From positions 352,001 through 416,000 of the forward strand of contig CAVVXN010000003.1 in the NCBI GenBank assembly GCA_963752285.1: DNA of 64,000 nt, given 5' to 3'. Origin of the DNA: an uncultured Planctomycetota bacterium. Its GTDB lineage: Bacteria > Planctomycetota > PLA2 > JAEUHO01. The notes under the pieces are model-generated. The model was not told the origin of the DNA and did not search any database. It saw only the letters and a list, made by a program, of their open reading frames with translations. Below are positions 37,772-47,016 of this stretch, piece after piece (positions within the stretch are counted from its first letter, which is position 1; every line of letters starts with the position of its first letter). Made by a program: the position numbers and the translations under genes.

Positions 37772-39130
37772 TCAGATCCCGTACGACTTCCTGCGTCGCC
37801 AGAGCGTCGCGGGGTCGATCTCCAGGATCTCGGCGGCGCGCTGCAGCGAAGGCGTCGTCGCCAGCACGCGTCGGATGTGGAGCTCCTCCACCTCCGAGAG
37901 CGGGAGCGGATCGCCGAGCCGGGGCTCGCGGGCCCGCGGCGAGACGGTGCCCGGGAGGTCCTCCGCCCGCACGAGAGGGTCGGAACCGAGGATCACCGCG
38001 CGCTCGACCGCGTTCCGGAGCTCCCGCAGGTTGCCCGGCCACGCGTACGAGCGGAGGCGATCGGCGGCGTCGGGCGAGAAGCCCTCCACACGGCGGGCGC
38101 CGCCCCGGGCGGCGTGGCGGAGGTGCCGCGTTGCGAGCGGCAACACGTCCTCCGGGCGCTCGCGCAAGGGAGGCAGGACCAGGGTGATCACGTCGAGTCG
38201 ATAGAGCAGGTCCTCCCGGAACGAACCGTCGGCGGCGAGGGACTCGAGGTCGCGGTTCGTCGCCGCCAGGATCCGCACGTCCGCCTTTCGCGTGGTTGGG
38301 TCGCCCACGCGTTCGTACTCCCGTTCCTGTACGAAGCGGAGCACCTTGGCTTGGACGGCGGGGGCCAGGTCGCCGATCTCGTCGAGCAGCAGCGTGCCAC
38401 CCTCGCAGGTCTCGATCCGTCCGGGCTGGTCCCGCTCCGCACCGGTGAACGCGCCGCGCACGTGCCCGAACAGCTCGCGCTCGAGGAGCTCGGTCGGCAC
38501 GGCGGGGCACGACACCACCGCGAGCGGGCGGGCGGCCCTCGCGCTCCACGCGTGGAGAGCGCGCGCGAGGACGGTCTTCCCCGTCCCGCTCTCGCCCCGG
38601 AGGAGGACCGTGGCGTCCGAGGCCGCGGCGCGCCTCGCCGTGTCGAGGACCCGTCGCATCCCCGGCGACCGGCTCTCGAGGTCGGGCTCGACGTCGAGGC
38701 GTTCGAGGTCGGTGCGCAAGCGGGCGACCTCGGCCTCCAGCCCGCGCTGGCGCTGGACCAGCCGGGCGAGGGACTCGATCTGCGCCGCGGAGAACGGCTT
38801 CGCGACGTAGTCCACCGCGCCGCGTCGCATCGCCTCCACCGCCGTCTCGACCGACGCGTAGGCCGTGAGGACGACCACCTTCGTCCACGGGGAGGCGCGG
38901 CGGATCTCCGGCAGGAGGTCCAGCCCGTCGTCTGCGCCGAGGCGGACGTCGAGGAGGGCGAGGTCGAAGACCCGTCGCTCGATCTCGCGCCGGGCGTCCA
39001 AAGCGTTCCCGACGGCCACGACCTCGTGTCCTTGCGCCTCGAGGCAGTACGCGACGGTGCGCCTCAGGTTCGGCTCGTCGTCGATGACCAAGACCCGGAG
39101 CGGGGCGCTGTCGGAGGGCGTGGTCGGCAT
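37772..39130 (-). CDS. Sigma54-dependent response regulator (NtrC/AlgB-like)
   Basis: Receiver domain, GESGTGKT, ELFGHVRGAFTGA, LLLDEIG, WPGNLREL and a Fis-type HTH. Confidence 0.93.
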   Translation of the reverse strand: MPTTPSDSAPLRVLVIDDEPNLRRTVAYCLEAQGHEVVAVGNALDARREIERRVFDLALLDVRLGADDGLDLLPEIRRASPWTKVVVLTAYASVETAVEAMRRGAVDYVAKPFSAAQIESLARLVQRQRGLEAEVARLRTDLERLDVEPDLESRSPGMRRVLDTARRAAASDATVLLRGESGTGKTVLARALHAWSARAARPLAVVSCPAVPTELLERELFGHVRGAFTGAERDQPGRIETCEGGTLLLDEIGDLAPAVQAKVLRFVQEREYERVGDPTTRKADVRILAATNRDLESLAADGSFREDLLYRLDVITLVLPPLRERPEDVLPLATRHLRHAARGGARRVEGFSPDAADRLRSYAWPGNLRELRNAVERAVILGSDPLVRAEDLPGTVSPRAREPRLGDPLPLSEVEELHIRRVLATTPSLQRAAEILEIDPATLWRRRKSYGI

Positions 39131-39212
39131 GGGGCGGCGCCGCGGGCGTCGGGTACGAGGCCCGGGAGGTCTCCCCAGCCTACGCCGGCGCGAGCGGGGG
39201 CGACCCCGCGGC

Positions 39213-39932
39213 CTACCGCGGCGGGCGGATGCCGAGCGTCGCGAGGTCCTCGTCCATGCGGCGGGGCCAGTCGCGGTTTGCGGCGGGGCTGGCCGGGCTC
39301 GGGTGGAGGACGCGCCCGATCCGGAGGGCGCGGTCCGCGAGGGCTTCCCTCGCGCGGGCTTCCGCGAACGCGCCGATGCCCACCACCACCTGTGGCGCGA
39401 GGTGGTCGGCGACGGATCGGAGCGCCTCGTCGCACGCGGCGAAGAGCGGCGCACGCTCGCTCGGAGGGAGACGGTCGGGCGTTCGGTTCCGCCCCCCCGC
39501 CTCCAGGAACGCGAGGGGGCAGTAGTTCCACACGAAGAAGCGCCGGAAGAACCGCGCCGGCGTTCGGTACCGGTCGCGCGCCCACGACCAGAGACGCGTC
39601 CCGCTGACCTCGCTCCGCACGGAGCCAAAGCCCTCGACGGGGCGCTTCGGGTGCTCGCCCGCGGGCTTCGTGACCTCGCCCCCGATCCGGAGCCAGTCGC
39701 GGACCATCGCGACGTCGCCGAAGGGCACGCCCGTTTGCGCCATCCCGAACGGGCCGGGGTTCATCCCGACGAGGAGCACTTCGCGGGGCGCGGCCTCCCC
39801 GTACCGCTCGAGGTAGGCCTCGTGGGGCGCCCGCGCATACACGAGCGGGTCGTAGACCGCGGCCACCGGCGGGCCGAACTCCAGGGGCTCGACGGCGCGG
39901 ACGAGTCGGCGGCTCGTGGCGACCAAGGACAC
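39213..39932 (-). CDS. SMUG1-type (family 3) uracil-DNA glycosylase
   Basis: GMNPGPFGMAQTGVPFG, SEVSGTRLW, NYCPL and HPSPASP. Confidence 0.92.
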   Translation of the reverse strand: MSLVATSRRLVRAVEPLEFGPPVAAVYDPLVYARAPHEAYLERYGEAAPREVLLVGMNPGPFGMAQTGVPFGDVAMVRDWLRIGGEVTKPAGEHPKRPVEGFGSVRSEVSGTRLWSWARDRYRTPARFFRRFFVWNYCPLAFLEAGGRNRTPDRLPPSERAPLFAACDEALRSVADHLAPQVVVGIGAFAEARAREALADRALRIGRVLHPSPASPAANRDWPRRMDEDLATLGIRPPR

Positions 39933-40000
39933 GGTCGGGGAGGCTACCAGGGCGTTTCGAGGTATCCGTCTCGTTCGAGGGCGCGTACCGTCTCCTGGCC

Positions 40001-40846
40001 ATGGCCCTCCTCGACCGCATCCGCGCCATCACGCGCCACGACCCCACTCGCTACCGGCCCTTCGTCGTGGACGACGAGCCGATGGGGGCCGTCCGCGAGG
40101 ATCACCTGGTGCACCTCGCGCGGCACCCGAGGGTCTTCACGGTCGGTCCCCGCGTGGTGACGCTCGCCGGCGGTCACGCCACGCCCGGGGAGCGCACGGC
40201 GGCCGTGGACACCGTCGTCGAGGACCTCCACGCGCGCCGTCTCATCGCGCCCCCCTACGGTGAGCAGTTCCCGGTCGCGCGCTCGTTCGGCGAGAAGCCC
40301 CGGTTCCTCCTCGATCGCTCCGCGGTCACCTTCTTCGGGGTGCGCGCGTGGGGCGTCCACCTGAACGGGTACGTCGGCGAGGGCGACGCGATGGGCATCT
40401 GGGTCGCGCGCCGCTCGAGCCAGGTCCTCGTCGAGCCCGGGAAGCTCGACCACCTCACGGCTGGTGGGCAGCCGCACGGCATCTCCCTCCTCGAGAACCT
40501 GCGGAAGGAGGCCGAGGAGGAGGCCGGCATCCCCGCCGAGGTCGTCGAGCACGCGATCCCGACCGGCGTCGTCACCTACCGGTTCGACGCGGACGACGGC
40601 CTCAGGGACGACGTGCTCTTCACGTTCGACCTCGAGCTTCCGCTCGACTTCCGCCCGAAGAGCCACGACCAGGAGCTCGAGGACTTCGCGATCTGGCCCG
40701 TGGACCGCGTCCTCGCCATGGTGCGCGACACGCGGTCGTTCAAGTTCAACGTGGGGCCGGTCGTCATCGACTTCCTCGTACGCCACGGCCGGATCGGGCC
40801 GGAGGAGCCGGACTACGAGGCGATCGTCCGCGGTCTGAGGTCCTGA
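40001..40846 (+). CDS. DUF4743-type Nudix hydrolase
   Basis: GVHLNGYV, IWVARRS, PGKLDHLTAGG, KEAEEEAGI and FKFN..VIDFLVRHG. Confidence 0.85.
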   Translation: MALLDRIRAITRHDPTRYRPFVVDDEPMGAVREDHLVHLARHPRVFTVGPRVVTLAGGHATPGERTAAVDTVVEDLHARRLIAPPYGEQFPVARSFGEKPRFLLDRSAVTFFGVRAWGVHLNGYVGEGDAMGIWVARRSSQVLVEPGKLDHLTAGGQPHGISLLENLRKEAEEEAGIPAEVVEHAIPTGVVTYRFDADDGLRDDVLFTFDLELPLDFRPKSHDQELEDFAIWPVDRVLAMVRDTRSFKFNVGPVVIDFLVRHGRIGPEEPDYEAIVRGLRS

Positions 40847-41027
40847 ACCCGGCGCCGCGGGCTCGAGCCGGGTCGGCGGGCCCTCCGGCGGTACCGCGCG
40901 CGGGCCGATGGATGGTCTGGAGGCGCTCGCACCCCGGGCTCGCCCCCGCGTCCCGGGTAAGGTTCAAGTTCGCGGGAGGGACTTGCCGAAGGGGACGTAG
41001 AGACTCGCGTCCCGGAGCCCTTCCGTC

Positions 41028-41540
41028 ATGACTCGAATCGCGCGCGCGCTCCCCTTCGTCCTCGCCCTCGGCCTCGCGGCGTGCGGCGGCGGCGGCGACA
41101 CGCTGGTCGGGGCGAGCCCCCTTCCCCCGGGCGGCGGCACCGACATGTCCGCGCAGGAGCTCGACTGGGCGCAGCAGGTCTTCGCGCTCACGAACGTCGA
41201 GCGACAGAACCAGGGCCTCCCGGCGCTGGCCTGGGACGACGGGGCGGCCGAGGTCGCGTACCGCCACTCGCTGGACATGGACGTGCGCAACTACTTCGAC
41301 CACGTCGATCCGGACGGCCTCCAGCCCTGGGACCGCCTCACCGCCGCCGGCATCTCGTGGTCCTCGGCCGGCGAGAACATCGCGTACGGCTACGACTCGC
41401 CCGACAGCGTGATGACGGCGTGGATGAACTCCTCCGGGCACCGCGCGAACATCCTCCGGGCGGGCTTCACCCGGCTCGGGGTCGGCGTGCACTCCAACGG
41501 CACGACGATCTGGTGGACGCAGCTCTTCTACACGCCCTGA
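41028..41540 (+). CDS. CAP (SCP-like) domain lipoprotein
   Basis: Lipobox LAAC, HSLDM..YFDH, GENIA and WMNSSGHRANIL. Confidence 0.9.
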   Translation: MTRIARALPFVLALGLAACGGGGDTLVGASPLPPGGGTDMSAQELDWAQQVFALTNVERQNQGLPALAWDDGAAEVAYRHSLDMDVRNYFDHVDPDGLQPWDRLTAAGISWSSAGENIAYGYDSPDSVMTAWMNSSGHRANILRAGFTRLGVGVHSNGTTIWWTQLFYTP

Positions 41541-41672
41541 GGTCGTGACCGGGGACCGCGCGTCGCCCGTTCGACGCGCGCGACGTGGCGCGTGCAGAGC
41601 TTTTGCACGGCGGGCGTGAACCGACGGGGGCCGAGGGGGGTCGGATCCGTCGCCCCCTTCGGAGATCCCGGC

Positions 41673-42797
41673 ATGAAGACCCCCCGCGTCCTCCCCCTCC
41701 TGGCCCTCCTCCTCGCGCTCCCGCTCTCGGCGAGAGCCGGCGAGAAGGCCGACCCGCCTCCGCCGCGCCCCGTGGACCTCGTGCTCTGCCTCGACACGTC
41801 GGGCAGCATGGAGGGGTTGATCGACGCCGCCCGTCAGAAGCTCTGGGGCGTCGTGTCCGAGCTCGCGAGCGCGAAGCCCACGCCCGATCTCCGCGTCGCG
41901 CTCCTCACGTACGGAAGTCCCGGGAACGACGCCACGGGCCACGTCGTGCTCCAGTCCGGCCTCACCCGCGACCTCGACGGCATCAGCGAGCGCCTCTTCG
42001 CGCTCGGGACGGAGGGCGGCGACGAGTTCGTCGGCCGGGTCACGAAGCACGCCCTCGACCACCTCGCGTGGTCGAGCGACCCGCGGGCCCTGCGCGTCCT
42101 CTTCGTGGCCGGGAACGAGTCGGCCGATCAGGACCAGGCCGCGCCCTTCCGCGACCAGGCGCGCCGCGCCGCCCGCGAGGGGATCGTCGTGAACGCGATC
42201 TACTGCGGCGGTGCCGACGACGCCGACGCCTCCGGCTACCGCGAGCTGGCGGCGCTCGCGAAGGGCCGCTACGCGAGCATCGACCAGAACCACGGCACCG
42301 TGGCCGTCGCGACGCCGTTCGACGCCGAGCTGGCGGAGCTCTCCGAGAAGCTGAACACCACCTACGTCGCCTACGGCCGCGATGCGCCGGCGGCCCTGGA
42401 GCGTCAGTCCGCACAGGACGCGAACGCGGCGGGCGCGGGCGCGCCGGCGGCGGCGGAGCGCGCGGAGGCGAAGGCCGGGCGGCTCTACCGCAACGCCACC
42501 TGGGACCTCGTGGACCGCATGGGCGAAGAGGGCTTCGACCTCGCCAAGGTCCCGCCCGAGGAGCTCCCCGCCGAGATGCGCACGATGACGCTCGAGGAGA
42601 GGAAGGCCCACCTCGAGAAGAAGAAGGCGGAGCGCGCCGGGATCCAGGCGCGGATCCAGGAGCTCGCGAAGGGACGCGAGGCGTACGTCGCGACCGAGAT
42701 GTCGAAGCGCCACCTCGACGACTCGCAGGCCTTCGACCGCGCCCTCGAGGACGCGATCCGCGAGCAGGCGCGCGCGAAGGGCTTCACCTTCGAGTGA
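41673..42797 (+). CDS. Secreted von Willebrand factor A domain protein
   Basis: Signal peptide, MIDAS DTSGSM, GGDEFVG, FVAGNE and C-terminal WDLVD helical extension. Confidence 0.88.
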   Translation: MKTPRVLPLLALLLALPLSARAGEKADPPPPRPVDLVLCLDTSGSMEGLIDAARQKLWGVVSELASAKPTPDLRVALLTYGSPGNDATGHVVLQSGLTRDLDGISERLFALGTEGGDEFVGRVTKHALDHLAWSSDPRALRVLFVAGNESADQDQAAPFRDQARRAAREGIVVNAIYCGGADDADASGYRELAALAKGRYASIDQNHGTVAVATPFDAELAELSEKLNTTYVAYGRDAPAALERQSAQDANAAGAGAPAAAERAEAKAGRLYRNATWDLVDRMGEEGFDLAKVPPEELPAEMRTMTLEERKAHLEKKKAERAGIQARIQELAKGREAYVATEMSKRHLDDSQAFDRALEDAIREQARAKGFTFE

Positions 42798-42837
42798 GAG
42801 CCCGGCCCGCACGGCCTGGGTCGTGCGGGCCCGCTTC

Positions 42838-44313
42838 CTACCCGCCGGGCGAGGGCGGCTTCGAACCGTCCTCGCTCGGCGTGATCGTCGGGGCCGGGAG
42901 GATCGGCACGTCCACCCGGAACGCCGCGCGCTCGAGGAAGAGCACCGCGAAGCACGTGTCGAGCAGGTCGGTCGAGTACGCCGACGGACCGCGCATCCAG
43001 CTCCCCAGGAAGGGCGTCGGCGACCAGTGGCCGTCCGCCTTCTCCGCGTCCACGAGCATCGACGCGCCCTCGCGATACCAGTCGTGGGCGCCGAGGAGCT
43101 TCTTCCCCGCGATGACGCACGCTCGCTCCAGCGCGTAGAGGTAGTAGTAGTGCCAGACGGGACCCTCGTGGGGCGGGTTCTGTGCGATCGAGTAGTGGTC
43201 GGAGAGCCACGCGATCGCATCCCAGATGGCGCGGTCGAGGTCGGGGGCGTCCTCCCCCGCTCCGCCGAAGCGCTCGAGCCAGATCGCCTTCACGATCACG
43301 AGCGACGACAGGCCCGCGGCGGTCATCGAGCCGGTGGGGGGGCGGCCCGGGACGTAGCCGAACCCGCGCGCCTCGTCCACCGCGCGCGGCGGCCGCGTGA
43401 CGTTGCCGTACCGCGCGTCGGCTCCGGTGCGCGGGGGGACGGGATCCCACGTGCGGACGACGGAGGGCCCGTGCCCCTCCTGCCAGGCGAGCAGCCGCTT
43501 CGTGATGCGCCCGAGGGTCGCCTTGTCGATCTCGTACCCACAGCGGCTCCCGGCGTAGAGCGCGAGGAGGACGTACTGCGTGTTCGACATGTCCTCGTCG
43601 CCCAGGTCGGCGACGGCGGGCCCGCCCCCCGCGGGCGGGCCGCCGGCGGGCCCGCCGCGGGGACCCGCGGGCGGACCGCCGCGCGGCGCGTCCGGGAGCC
43701 CGCCGGGGTAGCGGAAGAGCCCCGCCTTCGACGCGCCCTCGAGGAGCCAGTCGAGCACGCGGTCGATGATCTCGCGGGCCCAGTCGGGGTAGTGGCAGGG
43801 GTTCCTCCCCTTCTCGATCCCCGCGCCGTAGCGCTCGCGGTCGCGCTTCGCGTTCGCGTCGGGCTCCTCGGCGAAGAGGGTGTGGAGCGCGAGCACGAAG
43901 AGCGAGAGGGAGTAGGCCGACGCCTGCGTCCAGTACTCGCCTTTCATCTGGGAGCGGTAGTGCTTCCGGAGGTACTGGAGGGCCTTCTTGACCTCCGGCC
44001 GGTCGGCCGACCAGCCGGCGTGCGCGAGCGTGTACGTCGCGAGGGCCGTCAGCCCGAACTCGTGCCGGCTCTCCCGCCACGGCCCCGCGGGTCCGTGGCC
44101 CGGCATCTCGAAGGCGCCGTCCGCCTTCTGCGTCGCGGCGACCCACGCCGCGCCGAGGTCGATCGCGCGCTCGATCCGGAGGTGAAGGACGAGGTCCTTC
44201 TTCCGCTGCTCGACGTCCTGGTCGTCCGCGCCGGCGCGCCGCGACGCGAGCAGGAAGGGCAGCGCGAGGAGCAGAGCGGCCAGGAGGACAGGGTGGCGCG
44301 GGCGCACGGACAT
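42838..44313 (-). CDS. Exported prenyltransferase/squalene-oxidase-repeat (alpha/alpha toroid) protein
   Basis: Signal peptide, QKADGAF, DMSNTQYVLLAL, GSMTAAGL, YYYLYALERA, HDWYREGA and DTCFAVLFL. Internal Gly/Pro repeat. Confidence 0.75.
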   Translation of the reverse strand: MSVRPRHPVLLAALLLALPFLLASRRAGADDQDVEQRKKDLVLHLRIERAIDLGAAWVAATQKADGAFEMPGHGPAGPWRESRHEFGLTALATYTLAHAGWSADRPEVKKALQYLRKHYRSQMKGEYWTQASAYSLSLFVLALHTLFAEEPDANAKRDRERYGAGIEKGRNPCHYPDWAREIIDRVLDWLLEGASKAGLFRYPGGLPDAPRGGPPAGPRGGPAGGPPAGGGPAVADLGDEDMSNTQYVLLALYAGSRCGYEIDKATLGRITKRLLAWQEGHGPSVVRTWDPVPPRTGADARYGNVTRPPRAVDEARGFGYVPGRPPTGSMTAAGLSSLVIVKAIWLERFGGAGEDAPDLDRAIWDAIAWLSDHYSIAQNPPHEGPVWHYYYLYALERACVIAGKKLLGAHDWYREGASMLVDAEKADGHWSPTPFLGSWMRGPSAYSTDLLDTCFAVLFLERAAFRVDVPILPAPTITPSEDGSKPPSPGG

Positions 44314-44352
44314 GAGAACGCCCTGGTTCTACCCCGCCCACGCGCGCCCCCC

Positions 44353-44574
44353 GGAAACGAGCCGGGCGAGCTCCCCGTCAGGAGCCCGCCCGGGTGTCTT
44401 CGAAAGGCCGTCCATGGGGTCGGCCAAAAGGCAGCCCCGTCAGTCGGACGGACCTCCCATGACACGTCTACCCATTGATCACCTCCTCTCGAAGCGGGGG
44501 CCGTCGGCCGCCCCCTTGGTCAAGGGGCCCGGCGCCCGTCAGCCACCGGGGTCACGGGGATCGGGTCCGTGACG
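44353..44574 (-). ncRNA. Putative structured small transcript (sRNA or small-peptide mRNA)
   Basis: TAGACT -10-like box at 44581-44586 (minus). Successive hairpins. 13-bp terminal stem at 44362-44393 whose G-U pair works only on the minus strand. CTGACGGG occurs three times. Confidence 0.55.
44440..44475 (-). CDS. 11-aa small ORF MGRRVMGGPSD
   Basis: Preceded by AGGAGGTGATC (44477-44487), complementary to 11 nt of the conserved 16S rRNA 3' end, at optimal spacing. Confidence 0.5.
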   Translation of the reverse strand: MGRRVMGGPSD

Positions 44575-44776
44575 CGCGCGAGTCTACCGGCTGCCCCCGG
44601 CGGCGCTGAGAACCATGTTCCGGACCCGACCCCGTCCGGACTCGACCCCCGGGGCGGACGGGGGCACGGGGCGGTGGACCGCGCGGGGCCCCACCGAACG
44701 GAACGCGAAGGCCGGCGCCCCTGCCGGCGTCCTCGCGTGGGCGATCGGCCGTAGAGTGGCCGCCGGAGGGGTCCGG

Positions 44777-46315
44777 ATGGACGAGCGAGAGGCCGGGCGG
44801 CGCGGGCCCTCGGGCGCGCGGCACCTCGTGGGGCGGGTCGTCGTGCCCCTCGCCGCCCTCCTCGTCTACCTCGCGCTGGACCTCGACCCCGGACACCCCG
44901 CTGTCACGCGGATGGCGGCGGTCGCCGTCCTGATGGCCGGCTGGTGGATCACCGAGGCCGTCCCGATCCCCGCCACCGCGCTCCTGCCCGTCGCGCTCTT
45001 CCCGCTCCTCTCGATCCTCCCGGGCTCCAAGACCGCGAGCCTCTACTTCAACTCGACGATCTTCCTCTTCCTCGGCGGGTTCCTCTTCGCGCTCGCGATG
45101 CAGCGCTACGGCCTCCACCGCCGGATCGCGCTCCGCATCCTCTGCGTCGTCGGCGCCGGGCCCAAGCGGACGCTCCTCGGCTTCATGCTCGCCACGTGGT
45201 TCCTGTCCATGTGGATCTCGAACACCGCGACCACGATGATGATGGTGCCGATGGCGGCGGCCATCGTGTTCCAGCTCCGCGAGTCGTTCGGAAAGGACGC
45301 GGTCGGGCGGTACCCGATCGCTCTCCTCCTCGGCGTCGCCTATGCGGCCTCGATCGGCGGCATCGCGACGCTCATCGGCACGCCGCCGAACCTGTCGTTC
45401 GTCCGGATCCTCAAGATCGTCTTCCCCCAGGCGCCCGAGGTCTCGTTCGCGACGTGGTTCCTCTTCGCGCTGCCCGCCTCGATCGTGCTGCTCGTCGTCG
45501 CGTGGCTCCTGCTCGGCCGGCTCTACGCGCCCGCCCGGGGCGCGCTCCGGGGCGGCGGCGCCCTGTTCGAGGACGCGCTCCGCCGCCTCGGCCCGCGCTC
45601 CCGCGAGGAGACCACGATCCTCGTCCTGTTCGGCGTCCTCGTGTTCCTCTGGATGTTCCGCGCGCCGATCGACCTGGGGGGCGTCCGGGTCCCGGGCTGG
45701 AGCGAGCTCCTCGAGACGCCGTCGTTCGTGGACGACGGCACCGTTGCGATCTTCGTCGCCTCGCTCCTGTTCTGGATCCCCGGTCGCTCCCCGAGCGGTC
45801 GGCTGATGGACTGGGAGGGCGCCGCGGGCCTGCCCTGGGGCATCGTGCTCCTCTTCGGCGGGGGCTTCGCGCTCGCGAGCGGCTTCAAGGAGTCGGGCCT
45901 CTCGGCCTGGCTCGCCGGCCAGCTCGCCTCGCTCGGAAGCCTCCCGCCGCTCCTGCTCGTGGCGGCCGTGTGCCTGCTCATCACGTTCTTGACCGAGCTC
46001 ACCTCCAACACCGCGACCACCGAGATGGTCCTTCCGATCCTCGCGTCGCTCGCGGTGGCGCTCCGGCTGAACCCGCTCCTCCTGATGGTGCCCGCCACGC
46101 TCTCCGCCTCGTGCGCGTTCATGCTCCCGGTCGCGACGCCGCCGAACGCGATCGTCTTCGGCACGAGCGAGGTCGGTATGCGCGACATGGTCCGCGCGGG
46201 CCTCTGGCTGAACCTCGTGGGCGTCCTCGTGGTCACGCTCGCGATGTACACGTTCGGCACGTCCCTCCTGGGCATCGACCCGACGACGCTCCCCGCCTGG
46301 GCCACGCATCCGTAG
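44777..46315 (+). CDS. SLC13/DASS family sodium-coupled anion (di/tricarboxylate or sulfate) symporter
   Basis: WWITEAVPIPATALLP, SMWISNTAT, IGTPPN, TELTSNTAT and FMLPVATPPNAIVF. Confidence 0.93.
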   Translation: MDEREAGRRGPSGARHLVGRVVVPLAALLVYLALDLDPGHPAVTRMAAVAVLMAGWWITEAVPIPATALLPVALFPLLSILPGSKTASLYFNSTIFLFLGGFLFALAMQRYGLHRRIALRILCVVGAGPKRTLLGFMLATWFLSMWISNTATTMMMVPMAAAIVFQLRESFGKDAVGRYPIALLLGVAYAASIGGIATLIGTPPNLSFVRILKIVFPQAPEVSFATWFLFALPASIVLLVVAWLLLGRLYAPARGALRGGGALFEDALRRLGPRSREETTILVLFGVLVFLWMFRAPIDLGGVRVPGWSELLETPSFVDDGTVAIFVASLLFWIPGRSPSGRLMDWEGAAGLPWGIVLLFGGGFALASGFKESGLSAWLAGQLASLGSLPPLLLVAAVCLLITFLTELTSNTATTEMVLPILASLAVALRLNPLLLMVPATLSASCAFMLPVATPPNAIVFGTSEVGMRDMVRAGLWLNLVGVLVVTLAMYTFGTSLLGIDPTTLPAWATHP

Positions 46316-46339
46316 GCCGGCCGGGTGGCGCGCGGACGG

Positions 46340-46996
46340 CTACTGGACGCAGCCCGTGCGCGCGCTTGCTGCGTACCGCCGGAGCGCCTCGGGCACGTGT
46401 CGCCCCTGGGTCTCGAGGAAGCGGTCGATCATCGCCCGGCCCGGATCGGGATGTCGGAAGACGATGTGTCCGAGGCCGTGGAGCGCGCTCTCCCAGCAGG
46501 CGGGCGCGTCGAGGGACAGCGCGTGCTCCAGCACCTGGTAGCAGGCGGGCACGAGGTGCTCGGGCCGCCCGAGCCTCGGGATGACGTCCAGACCCCCGTC
46601 CATGTCCCACAGCATGTAGCACGCCGTGCCCAGCGGGCGGGGGTCCTCCCCGACGCCCCTCCAGTCGGTCAGATGTCGCGCGAAGCAGTGCTCGTAGAGA
46701 CGCCGAAGACCGAGAACGGCATCCGTCGCGTGCCCGGGTTCCGCCTTCGCGACCTCGAACCAGACCTGGCGACCCGCGCCCATCAGGTACCAGACGAGGT
46801 CGCCCACCGCGTCCGCGCCGATCTCCTCCACATGCCGACCCGCCCGCGAGCAGAGCGCTTCGACGAGCTCCGCCAGCTGGTCGGGCGTCAGCGCGTCCAG
46901 GGCCTCCTGGTGGACGCGGCCCGCGGCGAGGTCCGCGGCCTGCCAGCTCTTCGCGAGGCCTCGGACGTGACCGAAGAGGGTCGGGTAGTCGATCAT
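46340..46996 (-). CDS. Hypothetical helical protein
   Basis: Protein-like composition (CYMLWD, CWESALHGLGH). Follows the spermidine-synthase-like gene co-directionally. Confidence 0.65.
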   Translation of the reverse strand: MIDYPTLFGHVRGLAKSWQAADLAAGRVHQEALDALTPDQLAELVEALCSRAGRHVEEIGADAVGDLVWYLMGAGRQVWFEVAKAEPGHATDAVLGLRRLYEHCFARHLTDWRGVGEDPRPLGTACYMLWDMDGGLDVIPRLGRPEHLVPACYQVLEHALSLDAPACWESALHGLGHIVFRHPDPGRAMIDRFLETQGRHVPEALRRYAASARTGCVQ

Positions 46997-47016
46997 CCGC
47001 GGCCTTGCGGCGTCGC

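Noticed and set aside
40964..41025. TCAAG..GCCGA (sigma28-like) and a GGGACG/CGTCCC hairpin upstream of the CAP gene; considered as a c-di-GMP riboswitch
   Set aside because: Spacing and the -10 match are imperfect, and the riboswitch core motifs are missing.
41586..41601. TGGCGCGTGCAGAGCT as a sigma54 promoter for the vWA gene
   Set aside because: GG-N10-GC spacing fits, but the -12 box lacks the TTGC consensus.
43615..43700. Gly/Pro-rich quasi-repeat (PRGGPPAGPRGGPAGGPPAGGGP)
   Set aside because: An in-frame low-complexity linker within the prenyltransferase-repeat protein, not a separate element.
44477..44487. GATCACCTCCT, identical to the 16S rRNA 3' end
   Set aside because: The flanks do not resemble 16S helix 45, so it is not an rRNA fragment. 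Interpreted instead as an extended SD on the minus strand.
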